From Mayamaea pseudoterrestris (taxonomy: Eukaryota): 64,000 bases of DNA. Every line of letters begins with the position of its first letter. Within the stretch, counting starts at the first letter, position 1. The DNA lies in the NCBI GenBank assembly GCA_027923505.1, contig BROI01000007.1, positions 124,001 to 188,000 on the forward strand, in the 5' to 3' direction. Positions 44,947 to 56,342 of this stretch are shown piece after piece. The notes beneath the pieces were generated by a model. That model was not told the origin of the DNA. It saw only the letters and a list, made by a program, of their open reading frames with translations, and searched no databases. Both the position numbers and the translations under genes were made by a program.

Positions 44947-46164
44947 ATGGTCGCTCTTCTGTCTGTTCTGATCATTACTTTGGCGTTCGAGTCGCATGCC
45001 TTCGCTCCCTCGCCAGGCTTTGCCAATGTGAGAACTCCAGTCACAAGGATCTTGCAGTCGACCTTGACAGAACAGGATGTATCCAGCCGGCAATCGACTG
45101 CATCATCATCTCCAGTTTCAGCCCCAGTACTGACTGGACAAAGAAAGAAGGTTGTTACCGAGCCCGCTCTATGGGAATACAACTTTGGACTCCAAGATCC
45201 GCAAATACCACTTCCTCATGGACTCGTTCCTGATCTTAGCTTGCCCGAAACGTATGCGATAACGCAGGACCAAATTCAAACATTGGAAGAAGATGGTGTC
45301 GTTCTTTTGAAGGGTGTCTTTGATCCGGAGTGGGTTGACTATCTTCGAAAAGCAACGGCATTTCAAGTGAACAATCCTCACTTCTGGGCATTCGCAGGGA
45401 CAGCATCCAAGCTGTATGACTACATTCAGCGGAACGTATGGCAAACCAATAAGGCCTTTGCAAACTTTTACTACTACTCAGCTGTCGGTGACGTCTTGCG
45501 ACAATGCGGAGCTACGGAGGAAATCCGAGTTTCGACCGATCTACTCATGGTCAATCCTAACAAAGGATTCAAGTGGCACCAAGACAACCAAAACGGCCCA
45601 ATTACACCCGAGGAAGGTATACGCTTTTGGATTACCATGGACGAGACACCCAGGGACTACGGAGCACCTGTTTACTTAAAAGGTTCTCACAGAAATGATT
45701 GCGTAGACCCGTCTGCCGTCTTTGTGGACATCAATCAAAAGGGCTTGGAGGAATACCGAGACGATCAGCTCACCTTCCGCACTCAACCGGGTGACATGCT
45801 CGTATGGCATCCAAAAACGATCCACAAGATTGACGGACCAGCTGATGGCATTTGGACTTCCTACCGACGAGTCTTGGGCGGCACGGTCGCTAAGGGCGGT
45901 TCCAGGTACCACGATAAGCGCGGCACCGGAGGTGTTTTGTCCGATCTTGGTCGACACGGAATGGTCGATGGTGATGAATTAAAATCACCATTCTTTCCCA
46001 TTATCTACCCACGATTTAACAAGTATGAGGCAGCACAAAGAGATGCTGGCAAGGTGGGTCGGTCCGCGGCTGACATCGTCAGCAAAGTTGGCGGCATGGC
46101 AACTGCTGCGTCTGGCGAAAAGTTCCGATCTTTCTTTCAAGTTCTTGGAAGCCGCGAGTCGTAA
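44947..46164 (+). CDS. PhyH-family Fe(II)/2OG dioxygenase, predicted plastid-targeted
   Basis: EEDGVVLLKGVF, WHQD, PGDMLVWH..TIH, RRV; leader ESHA-FAP. Confidence 0.85.
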   Translation: MVALLSVLIITLAFESHAFAPSPGFANVRTPVTRILQSTLTEQDVSSRQSTASSSPVSAPVLTGQRKKVVTEPALWEYNFGLQDPQIPLPHGLVPDLSLPETYAITQDQIQTLEEDGVVLLKGVFDPEWVDYLRKATAFQVNNPHFWAFAGTASKLYDYIQRNVWQTNKAFANFYYYSAVGDVLRQCGATEEIRVSTDLLMVNPNKGFKWHQDNQNGPITPEEGIRFWITMDETPRDYGAPVYLKGSHRNDCVDPSAVFVDINQKGLEEYRDDQLTFRTQPGDMLVWHPKTIHKIDGPADGIWTSYRRVLGGTVAKGGSRYHDKRGTGGVLSDLGRHGMVDGDELKSPFFPIIYPRFNKYEAAQRDAGKVGRSAADIVSKVGGMATAASGEKFRSFFQVLGSRES

Positions 46165-46260
46165 GCAACTCCTTAAATAATACACTTTATCTAATACACT
46201 AGCGTGTAAATTTTTTAAAAGTATCCGCAAAATGAGTAAGCGACAATATGTGAAATGTAA

Positions 46261-49200
46261 TTAGATAGACTCAGACGCAGCCATTTTCCACTCTTCTAAC
46301 GCAAGTCGTTGGACGCCCATGCGCTGAATCGATGACCAAGTTAATAAAGTCATGTCGCCAGGCGCAGACTTGTCGTCGGCATCAAGAAAACCCGAGGCAC
46401 ATAGTACGATGACTGCATTTCGCAGATGTTCGTTCACTAAATTTTGCATTGCTGCTTGAATACTTGCAGGACTGACTATCTTGTCATCGTCGCCTTGTTC
46501 GCAAAGAAGGTCTTCCAGCGCAACTAATATCGATTTCCAAACCAGTGCCAATGCTGCTTTTTCGGAGGACAAAGTTGCTAGGTGGTGACGCATCGGCTTG
46601 AACATGAGACCTATACATAATTCAAATTCGATCATTAACTCGTCCGCTGCTCCAACCAACTTTTCTCCCGCACGAAGCTTTATTATGCACCTGCCAGCTA
46701 AAGGAATGCAGACCTCGCTCATGGCTGCACATAAATGGTTCAAAGGGATTTGATTCCCCCCTTTATCCAGGTACAGATCAGTCAACAAAGAGAGTGCGTG
46801 CTGTCGCACCCCCGAGTCGGGTGAAGATTCGGCGGCCAATGAAATACCTTCTACGCTTCGTCGCCAACACTTGGACCAAAACGCAGAGCTCGCCACGTCC
46901 GACGACGTTGCGTCTTGAACCTCATCAATGCGCTGTTCTAAAAGCAACCGAAACAAGTCAAGCGAAGCCATGCTTAGCTGTGCGTAGTTACGAAGTTGGC
47001 CGGCGCGGACCAGGAGGCAAAGACTTTCAGCCAGGTCATTTGGAAGCTTCGCACCAAGTCCCTCGGAATGCAGAAGATGATGCAACGAGCGGTAGCTTTG
47101 CAATGCTGGGTCATCTTCGTTAAAGCCGCCTCCGACTGCTTTCTTCAGTTCGTTTATACGGATCTTACCGCCCCTGCCAGCGCACCAAGTTAGCAAGGCA
47201 ACCAGCCCTTCCCAACCTTCGCTCTCGAGGCGAGCTACGCCATCAACTTGGGACACAAGTCTCCACAAACCTGTGTATAGACATACGGTGTTAGTGACCA
47301 GTGGAACTTGCAAGCTACCTGCATTTCGAAGCAACAATTGTTTATAATTATACTGCTACTTCGTAAGCCGACTCCCCGTCTGCAAGGAGAAGCGACTCAT
47401 GAAGAAACATTGTACGCAATTTTACGTACCTTCGCCAAAGTGTCGATCAAGTACTCGCAGCTGAGAGTTCGCTTGTTGCCCCTCGAGCTTGGGTAAAACA
47501 TATTTCCACGACGAAAGAATTTCGTTCGCGCAAACTCCTTTCTGAACAGCACAAATAGTAATGCGCAGCAGTCCAGTCACACATTTTTCAACGCTGGGAT
47601 CTATTTTCATTTTCGTTGACTTAGGAAGCAGCGGGCGTTCAAACAGACTAGTCAACCTGCCAAGATAGTGACTTTGCAGCAGCTCGGTCCAAAGCATCTC
47701 TAGACGGCTTTTGTTCTTGAGGGTAATTTCGCATATCAAAATCTCGGCGAATGCTTTTGATGCAGGGGAGAGCGGGAAGGAAACGTTTGGACCCGAAAAG
47801 CTGGCTGTGTCTGTTGAGGAATCGTCGCTCTGTTGACGATCGATACCTCGCGTAGCATTCAAAGCAACGCGATTTTGCCTCGTAGAAATATCGTTTGCTG
47901 CCACGAGATTGACCAGAGATTCCAGCGCTTCAATTATTGACGTATCATCAAGAAAGCGAGTTTCCGAAACCAGTAGACTCAAATTTGCTGCTCTGCGAAA
48001 GCGCTCACGAACGCGAGCACGTCCTGAGACGTGATACCTACGTGTCTCCTCCGCTCTTTCCAAACCGGTGATAGGCATACTCATGCCCCTGCTTATTTGA
48101 ACAGCTTCACGTATAAGCTGGCTTTCAAATTGTGAGCCGGGCGTCAACATTGCATAGCCGGTAGCTTCGTCGACTCCTTCTGATTCAGCCAGTGTCTCAT
48201 CTTCTGTATCACTCAAGGCCGACCCGTTCCAAACAACTTGTTGCAACTTGCCGTCCAACGAATGTTCTGTGACTAAAGCATCCTCTTCTGATTGGTACGT
48301 CTCGTCTTCATCGTCGGCTGATTGACTGTTACCAAAGATCGCGCCCCATAATCCTTTGGGTTGTTTCTTTTGTGGGCTCTTTTCCTCCAAGTCCATGTCG
48401 CCCTTGATAAGACCGATATTCCAATCTCTCCTGGCATCATCAGTAAGTAGATCTAAATCGCTTTCCAACAGCAGAGAAGCATTACCGGCGCTGCGATGAG
48501 GAATTAACTTCATATCCCGAAGCTCAAAAATTATGCACCAGAGATGCTTCCAGCAGTCCTCATCGAGATGTTCGGCCATGTCAATAGCTGTCGTCAGTGC
48601 TACAACAACAGCGCTCTGGGATTCGACAGATTCAATAACAGCCAGCGTCCGATCGGCGATGTCCGCATTCGGTGATCCTAACAGACCCGTGTAGTCGCAA
48701 ACCCAGATGAAAATTCTGTAAAAAACATCAAACCTTCCAAGCTTCCGGACTCCCTGCAGCATCTCTATCGCCAAGTCCATTCCAAGGCGAGCGCCTTGGA
48801 CACCCAACATACCGCCATGGCCAGGCTCATTCGGATGCTGCAAAACCATATCGTCGTCATCATCGACACTCACGCCCCATAAAGATCCAATGGCCGAGAC
48901 AATTGGCTTCCATGTGTGTTCAAGCACCAACTCTGTTAAGTCTTCTGCATCGTTTTCCGAAGCTTCAAGTTTGTCATGGTCTGCATTGTCGTCTGTCGAT
49001 CCTCTGAGAACGTCTTTCCAGCGTTCCACCGTCATGGCGCCCTCTGCACCTTCACCTTCAGTCCGTATCTCTTCGTCACAAATACTATCGTAAATTTCTT
49101 CTAAAAACTGCTGCGGAAATTCTTTTCCCTTCTCCATGATGTCGCGTCCATAATCGGTGTTGTTCTTTACAAAGTCGCTCTTGCTCATTTTCCTGTCCTC

Positions 49201-52200
49201 TCGAATATTCGCATTGTGTCGATCGGTGTTTAGCATAATGATACTGAATGACAATAGATAGGCAGCGTCGCTGGCTCGTTTTAGGTCGTCCGAAAATATG
49301 TTTTGCTTTGACTCTTCGCAGACCCGACTACAAGTATCAGCAAATGCTTGTAGAATTCGGTCAATCTGCTGGGCTTCTCCCGGCAATCGGAAACACGCCA
49401 AAAACATGCGCAGCCCATCGAGAAGACTCTGTCGTTCAAAACTAAAAAGCTGGCAGTAGCTCTCGAGAACTTCCTTGTGAAACCAGTCACGCTGCCAGCA
49501 GGCTGGCGACTTGCCGGCTGACGGACTCTTGCCAGCTTCGCCAAGATAAGCGCCTACAGCTTTCTTGTCAATCCCAACCACAATGCCTGTTCGTAAAAAT
49601 ATTGCCACGCTTTTAGGAGTCACTGGATCGGGTAAGAGTCCTGAATCCACTAGAAATTCAATCCCTCGGGAAGCACTTTTATTAAAAATCCTCGCCGCCT
49701 TGCGCATAAGCCGCTTTCTCGATTTAATGTCGCGCAGGTGGTGTTTCGACTCTGACACGTTTTCAGTGCCATCCACTTGGCGTAGCATGATTGACTTTTG
49801 CCGGTGCATCCTCTGCTCCAGTGTTTTAACCGATGCATTGTCATCGCGAAACAAGCAACGCATGCCTCCCGTTAAAGTTTGCGCGCATAGCTCTTTAAGG
49901 TGTGCTGGTGCTTGACGCGACGGATGGCGGACTTGCACCATCACCGACCCAGCCAGTGACGAAGACGACACCGACTTAAATTCAGCAGACGATGGGGGAG
50001 TCGGAGGCGCTGAGGATATCTTAACAGCATGCAAATCACCAGGCTCGATATTGATATCGGCGCTGCTATTTTGTCGCGATAGCACTGCTTCACCCTCTTC
50101 ATTGACAGTTCCACCGCAGCATCGGCAGAGCTCCACCATGAGGCTAGTCGCAACGTCAGACCGCCGCAGCTGACAATCGTAGTACGCAAACATGGTTTCA
50201 AGGGCGCCGCCATCACTCTCGGCAATGGATTTGTCGTGATCGTGGAGACACATAATGTCAACCAAGGATTCGAGAATGATTTCCACCTCGGCATCAAAAG
50301 CTGCATTGGCATTGTAGCTTGTCGAATCCTTTGGTGGTTTACGTTTTCGAAGGAGGACCAGAGCACGCGTATAGAACCCAGTAAATATTGCTTCAAACTG
50401 GGAAATCAAATGGCGGCGCAGTGTTAAGGTATTCCAAAGTGCCGCAATCGTCGCACAAACCTGCAATGTGTTGCGCATGAGTGTAAGCCGTCACATTGCT
50501 TCGCCGATCAACAACGATCGTTTTGGCAACAATTTTCTTACCTCGGAAAGAACGTCAAGCGACACGATTTCTTGAAAGGCATGCGCGTCGTGGTAGGCCC
50601 AAATGGCTTGACCAGTCATTAACAGCGACAAACACAATTCATCCTGCACAACTGACAACAAAGTTTCGTCATTACCCAGCCAATCGGTCTTGATCATTTG
50701 CCGCGCCAATCTCAAACACAATGTTCTGGTTGAATCATGGGCAGTTTGGGCGTCTCGCGTATGGTCGTCCATGTTGTGTCCGCCAACAAGAGGTGTGTGC
50801 AGCAATTGGTTCACTAAAAATTCCATAAGCAAGCGACAAGCTCCCAATAGCTTTCGTTTAAAAACAGCATCAACCATATGATGTAAAACATATTCAAAAT
50901 GGTACAAAAGAGCTGGCGAATGGACAAATGTATTTCGTGTCACAAAAGCAGTGTGGAAGGCATCCATTAACGTGGAGTCTCCAATGCTTGACTCGGTATC
51001 TTTCACAATCATCAAGCATAATACATCAGCAATGGCCATTTCTACAGCTTCGTCAGCCGCTGCATCTGTTTGCTCAAATTTGCAACTGAGTATACCCTGC
51101 ATGCATCTCTCCAAAGGTACGGAAAACGCATTCAAACTGGAGGCTTCTAGAAGACGCTGAATCGCTCGGAGTGCTGAGAATCGGTGATTAAACAGGTGAT
51201 CCTCAGTACTATGGCCTACATCCCAGGGCATTGGTAAAGATGCGGGATCGACTGGCTGCGTTGCAATGAATAGGACAGTTAGCTATAGAGACTCGGAGAC
51301 ACTCTTGGAGAGGTCAAGATTCCAAGAGTTACGGCGGTCGCTTAGGATAGAATAAGCTCACTCTTTTATAGCGGATCTTTTGCAAGCGAATAGGAGAGGT
51401 TTATATCGTAAATTACAAGTACATTTGGAGCAATCTCAGCATACCTTAAGGTAGCCTCGGAGATACCCGAGTCAGCATGGCTGAACCAGCCCAAGGAATC
51501 GTTCCTGCAAGGACTGACGAGGAGCGATGGAAAGATGAGCGCTGGAACAAGAAGCCTGCGGCGATCCCCAAGTTGGATAAAGACAAGAAGTTTTGGACTT
51601 GGAAGATGGAGATCGAGGCGTGGCAAGTTGCGCATGACTTGGACAAGGTAATGGATCCAAGCGGATGGGCGGACCTGCCGACGCGAGAAGAACAGCCAAA
51701 TCAATCGTACGCCAACAGGCGAGCCGTCAAGATGAACAAGGTAGCCATGGCGCAGTTACGCGCGACGGAGACAAGGGAGCGGAGTTCCTCTTGAACATTA
51801 CGGAATCAAGGACGGAAGCGTGGCCGACGGGCAAGGCAAAGTGACGTCCTGAAGAAGCTGATCGAACAATATCAGCCGATCGATAAGTTGCCCAATTAAA
51901 GTTGATGGATGACCTTAGCAGTCTCTCGATGCGAGACAGCCAAAATCCAACCAAGTTGTTCCTAAAGGTAGCAGAGCTGGAGAGTCAGTTTCTAGCGTCA
52001 GGAGCAAAGCTCGAGGACGTCAAGTCGTTCCTCATATCATCAAGGCCTTACCGAGCGGTACAGCGGACGAGTGTCGGCCATGTTTGAAAAGCACAAGGAG
52101 CTAACCAAAGCAATGATACGCAAGGCGTAGAGGCAGAATATCGCCTCCAAGTGGCGAAAGGCGCCATAAAGGAAGACGACGATGAAGATGAAGATGAACA

Positions 52201-55200
52201 AGCTCTCTTTACTCAATCGTCGATCGGAAACCCCAAGGGCTGCTGGCTTTGCGGCAGCACGGAACACAAGAAGAAGGACTGCCCAAAGTATAAAGGGAAC
52301 GGCGGCGGCGGCGGAGGAAACAGAAGCAGGTCGAAGAAAAGATTCCAAGGAACGTGCGACGAATGCGGAAAGCAAGGGCACAAGAAAGAAGACTGCTTTC
52401 ATCTTGAGAAGAACGCCTCCAAGCGCCCCGCTTGGTTCAAGAAGATCTTGGAGAAGAAGAATGAGTCGGCAAATGTCACTTGTGACGACGAATTCTTCAT
52501 CATGGCAACACAAAGGGCGTCGCGGAGGTCGACGACGAGTTGTGGTTTGCCGACAACGGGTGCACGAGCGCCATAACGAAGTCAAAAGAAGCAATGTATG
52601 AGACAAGGGCAGCAACAAGCGTCGATAAGATCAAAGTCGGGAACAGTGAATACGCATCCCGAGCTTGTTGGAAAGTTGCGCGGCACAATCGGGGATAAGG
52701 ACGGCAAGAAGGTTGGAAACTTGTCGTTGGATCGAGTCAGTTACTCGGAGTCAGCCGTCGGCAACCTCATTCCAGTCGGAAAGATGATAAAGGAAGGTTG
52801 GACGCTGAAGCAGTCAATAGATGGACTGGAGTTAAGCAAAGGAAAGCGCAGTTAGTCTTCGGTGTGACGGTACAAGTCGGCAGCGGAGTCTTCCACGCTA
52901 TGCGAGTCAAAAGGACGCCGACGACGGCAGAACAAGCAACAGTCGCGCAAACGCACAACAGAGTCGTTTCTTACCAACAAGTGCATGAAGAGTTTGGCCA
53001 CATGGGCAAAGCAGACTCGAGCGACAGCGAAGCACTTAGGATGGACGCTAACTGGAAAGATGAATCCATGCGTCTCTTGCGGCGTAAGCGAGGCGCGCCA
53101 GAAGGATATCGCTCGAAGGAGCCAGCCGAGAAGGCAAAGACACCAGGACGACGCATCTACTTGGACTTGACGACGCCAAAGGATAAAGAAGGCAAGAATC
53201 TGCCAGGCAAGTTGAACGGTCGATGCATCGTGGACGAGGCGTGGATTGAAAGTTGTCGGCTTCTTCGCAACCAAGAACGCAATGGTGGAACCAACCTTGA
53301 ACCTGCTTAGAGAATGGAAGCACAAAGGAAAGGGAGGTTGAGTTTCTAAGGATGGATAACGCTGGCGGAACAAGAGTCTTGCGAGGAAAGCCAAGGCAGA
53401 GGGACTCGTCAAGCGCATTGAATGGACAGCGGCAAACACGCCGCAACAGAACCACAAGGCAGAAACCTGCTGGCGCACACTCAAAGGGCGTCAAGAGCTA
53501 TAGCATACAGAGCAAACGTAACCAGAGAAGCAGAGGCAGAAGTTCTTTGCAAGGCTAGTAAAGCATGCTAGCAAGTTGGATGGACTCACCATGGTCGAGT
53601 TGAATGGGGAAATGAAAACACGCTATGAGCACTTTGGCGAAAAGATTCCACGCTTTGTTAATTACATGAGGCGTTGGGGCGAGGCGTGCGGTGCTGACGA
53701 AAGGTGTCAAGAAACCGGAATGGAATTTGACAAAGGCGCAGTCGGCATGTTGGTAGGCTTTCCGGATGACCATGAGGGAGACGTCTATCAAGTTTGGAAT
53801 CCCAAGACGAATAGAGTTGCAGAGGTTAGAGATGTAACGTTCCTAAACAAGTGGTATTTCCAAGAAACGATCAAGGAGATAGCCGACTTAAAGGAGAAGG
53901 AAGGCATCGATTGGGATCTTGACACCCCAAGAGGTGCGACTCACGACGCGCAAGCCAGCGACAGTGAGGAAGAGGAGAGTGTCAACGGTGACGTTGACAA
54001 CGTGGCATCAGCAAACGAGCGAGCTGTCACAAAGATTGACCATGGGGAAGGAAGAACAATAACTCGATCCGGCGCGTTGTAATACCAAGGCAACGATTGA
54101 TCGAGCAAGTAACGCTGGCGTATCAGCTGGCGACCCAAGAATCGCGCTGGCGATGCTGGACTCAGAGCTTACGCTCAACGCGGCAATCATCGAGGAGATG
54201 GAGGAAGGCGAGTGCTACACGCCGCGCGACGCAGTTAGCCCGTGGCGCAGGATTGGCGATGGCATTGCACATACATCAGAGCTATAAGTAATGAAGTTCA
54301 GCGAGGCAATGGCGAAGGGACCAGTCGCTGAATGGCAGAAGGCGGTTGACGACGAGCATGATCGAATGCTCAAGTACAAATTGCTTCAAAGAAATCCCAC
54401 GCTCGCAGCTTCCTGAAGGAACGAAGCTGATCGACACGACATGGGCAATGAAGCAAAAGGCAAACGGAACAAAGCGAGCAAGAATGGCGGTCAGGGGATT
54501 CCAGCAGATCGAAGGAGTCCATTACGATCCCAAGTCGGTGTCGGCGCCTGTCGTGAATCTATCGACCGACGCGCATCATGTTGGTATTGATGTTGATGGC
54601 ACGCTGGGACGCGCACATTGTCGACGCGAGGAGCATTCTTGCAAGGCAAGTTCGAAAACGACCAAAAGATTTACATTAAGATACCACAAGGATTCGAAAA
54701 GCATTATAAAGCAGACAGCGTGTTGCAGCTGTTGGCGCCAGTGTACGGATTGATACAAGCGCGCGTACTGTTTTCTATTTGGTGTTGGTCAGAGCGTTCG
54801 ACAACCAAGGATACGGAAGGAGCAAGGCCGATCCATGCCTCTATTATCAATGGGGCGAACAAGGATTACATCTTTGGTCGAGTCATACGGATGACTGCTT
54901 GTCGGCCGGAAAGGATATCATCACAGCGAAGAACAAATTCATGAGCGAACTCGACTGCGAGGACATTGGCAAGTTGAAAGAGCACATCGGTGCTGCAAGA
55001 TCGATATCAACAAGGAAGAAGGATGGTTGAAGATAACTCTCAACCAGTCGCAATTCAAAGACTCAAAGACGAGTTCAATATACCCGACCAGCTCTGCAAT
55101 GTGTTGCGCATGAGTGTAAGCCGTCACATTGCTTCGCCGATCAACAACGATCGTTTTGGCAACAATTTTCTTACCTCGGAAAGAACGTCAAGCGACACGA

Positions 55201-56032
55201 TTTCTTGAAAGGCATGCGCGTCGTGGTAGGCCCAAATGGCTTGACCAGTCATTAACAGCGACAAACACAATTCATCCTGCACAACTGACAACAAAGTTTC
55301 GTCATTACCCAGCCAATCGGTCTTGATCATTTGCCGCGCCAATCTCAAACACAATGTTCTGGTTGAATCATGGGCAGTTTGGGCGTCTCGCGTATGGTCG
55401 TCCATGTTGTGTCCGCCAACAAGAGGTGTGTGCAGCAATTGGTTCACTAAAAATTCCATAAGCAAGCGACAAGCTCCCAATAGCTTTCGTTTAAAAACAG
55501 CATCAACCATATGATGTAAAACATATTCAAAATGGTACAAAAGAGCTGGCGAATGGACAAATGTATTTCGTGTCACAAAAGCAGTGTGGAAGGCATCCAT
55601 TAACGTGGAGTCTCCAATGCTTGACTCGGTATCTTTCACAATCATCAAGCACAATACATCAGCAATGGCCATTTCTACAGCTTCGTCAGCCGCTGCATCT
55701 GTTTGCTCAAATTTGCAACTGAGTATACCCTGCATGCATCTCTCCAAAGGTACGGAAAACGCATTCAAACTGGAGGCTTCTAGAAGACGCTGAATCGCTC
55801 GGAGTGCCACAAGAGTATGCGGACCAGCTGCTCGCGGGTCCATGACAACTTGCAAAAAGGGTCTAGCAACATCTTCAATAGGATTGGGCCCATTACCAAG
55901 CTTTTGTCGCAGATCAAAAAGGTCCTGGGCAAGCTCGCCTCGAGCAACTGGCGGCGGACCACCCCTGAGCGAGGTTAGGACGAAGCGTGCTTCCTGACAG
56001 ACATGGCGTGATGCTTCCACTAACGTTGGCAT
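46261..56032 (-). CDS. GBF1: GBF1/GNOM-type large ARF-GEF (Sec7); reconstructed exons 56032-55175, 50460-47430, 47270-46261; locus interrupted by copia element and duplication
   Basis: DCB-like N-terminus (RPFLQVV..AGPHTLVAL, CKFEQTDAAADEAV), HUS-like YYDC, Sec7 (FRLPGEAQQIDRILQAF, LSFSIIMLNTDRHN). Phase-compatible junctions SE|VCAT and EG|LWRL. Confidence 0.85.
50461..51174. repeat. 714-bp direct repeat, copy A (ARF-GEF intron + part of exon 1)
   Basis: Matches 55094-55807 at offset 4633; one difference seen (51019 T vs 55652 C). Confidence 0.95.
51175..51438 (+). repeat. Putative 5' LTR (~264 bp)
   Basis: Begins TG exactly where host homology stops; TGAGA...TCTCA terminal inverted repeat; gag ATG 39 nt downstream. 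No second LTR to confirm the 3' edge. Confidence 0.6.
51175..55093 (+). mobile_element. Ty1/copia (CoDi-like) LTR retrotransposon, 3'-truncated within RT, many frameshifts
   Basis: Copia order: gag (ATG 51477, two CX2CX4HX4C knuckles), protease (WFAD/TGA fragments ~52545), HEEFGH..CVSC pre-integrase, integrase (RIYLDL, DNAG), RT (WAMKQKANGTKRARMAVRGFQQ, GAFLQG, VYGLIQA, RSKADPCLY, TDDCL). No RNase H or 3' LTR. Confidence 0.92.
55094..55807. repeat. 714-bp direct repeat, copy B, continuous with the uninterrupted 5' end of the ARF-GEF gene
   Basis: Matches 50461-51174; continues past GAGTGC into CACAAG (coding) rather than TGAGAA (LTR). Confidence 0.95.
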
Positions 56033-56342
56033 ATTGCAGCCACTATATCAAAGAGAATTGCTGCTTGCAGACCTTTTGCTATAATATGTATTGATGTAGT
56101 AATACCACTCGCTGGTCATCGTGCAAGTACAATGAGTACCACGCGAGGGTCACAGGATCCGAGGATGTCGTGATCGTGTCGCAGAAAGACCCAGAACCTG
56201 ACAAAATCGTACTCGAGTACAGTGTATGAATTACTGTACATAGTAGTCGTACTCGTACGCGCACTATAGGTCCGTATGGGAAGCAGTCCCCATTGCCTAC
56301 TTACACGAACATTAAATTCTAACAACACCAAACACTAGACAT

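Noticed and set aside
50491..51231. 246-aa ORF as a separate ARF-GEF paralog
   Set aside because: It is duplicated exon sequence with an N-terminus read from antisense LTR and a C-terminus read into the intron.
51445..51456. CTTAAGGTAGCC matches the LSU rRNA R2-element target region
   Set aside because: A 12-nt match to several kb of rRNA is expected by chance in 64 kb, and it is in the wrong sense to be a primer site.
50461..55807. The 714-bp direct repeats as the element's LTRs
   Set aside because: They encode host ARF-GEF exon and intron, lack TG..CA ends, and RT is cut before RNase H/PPT.
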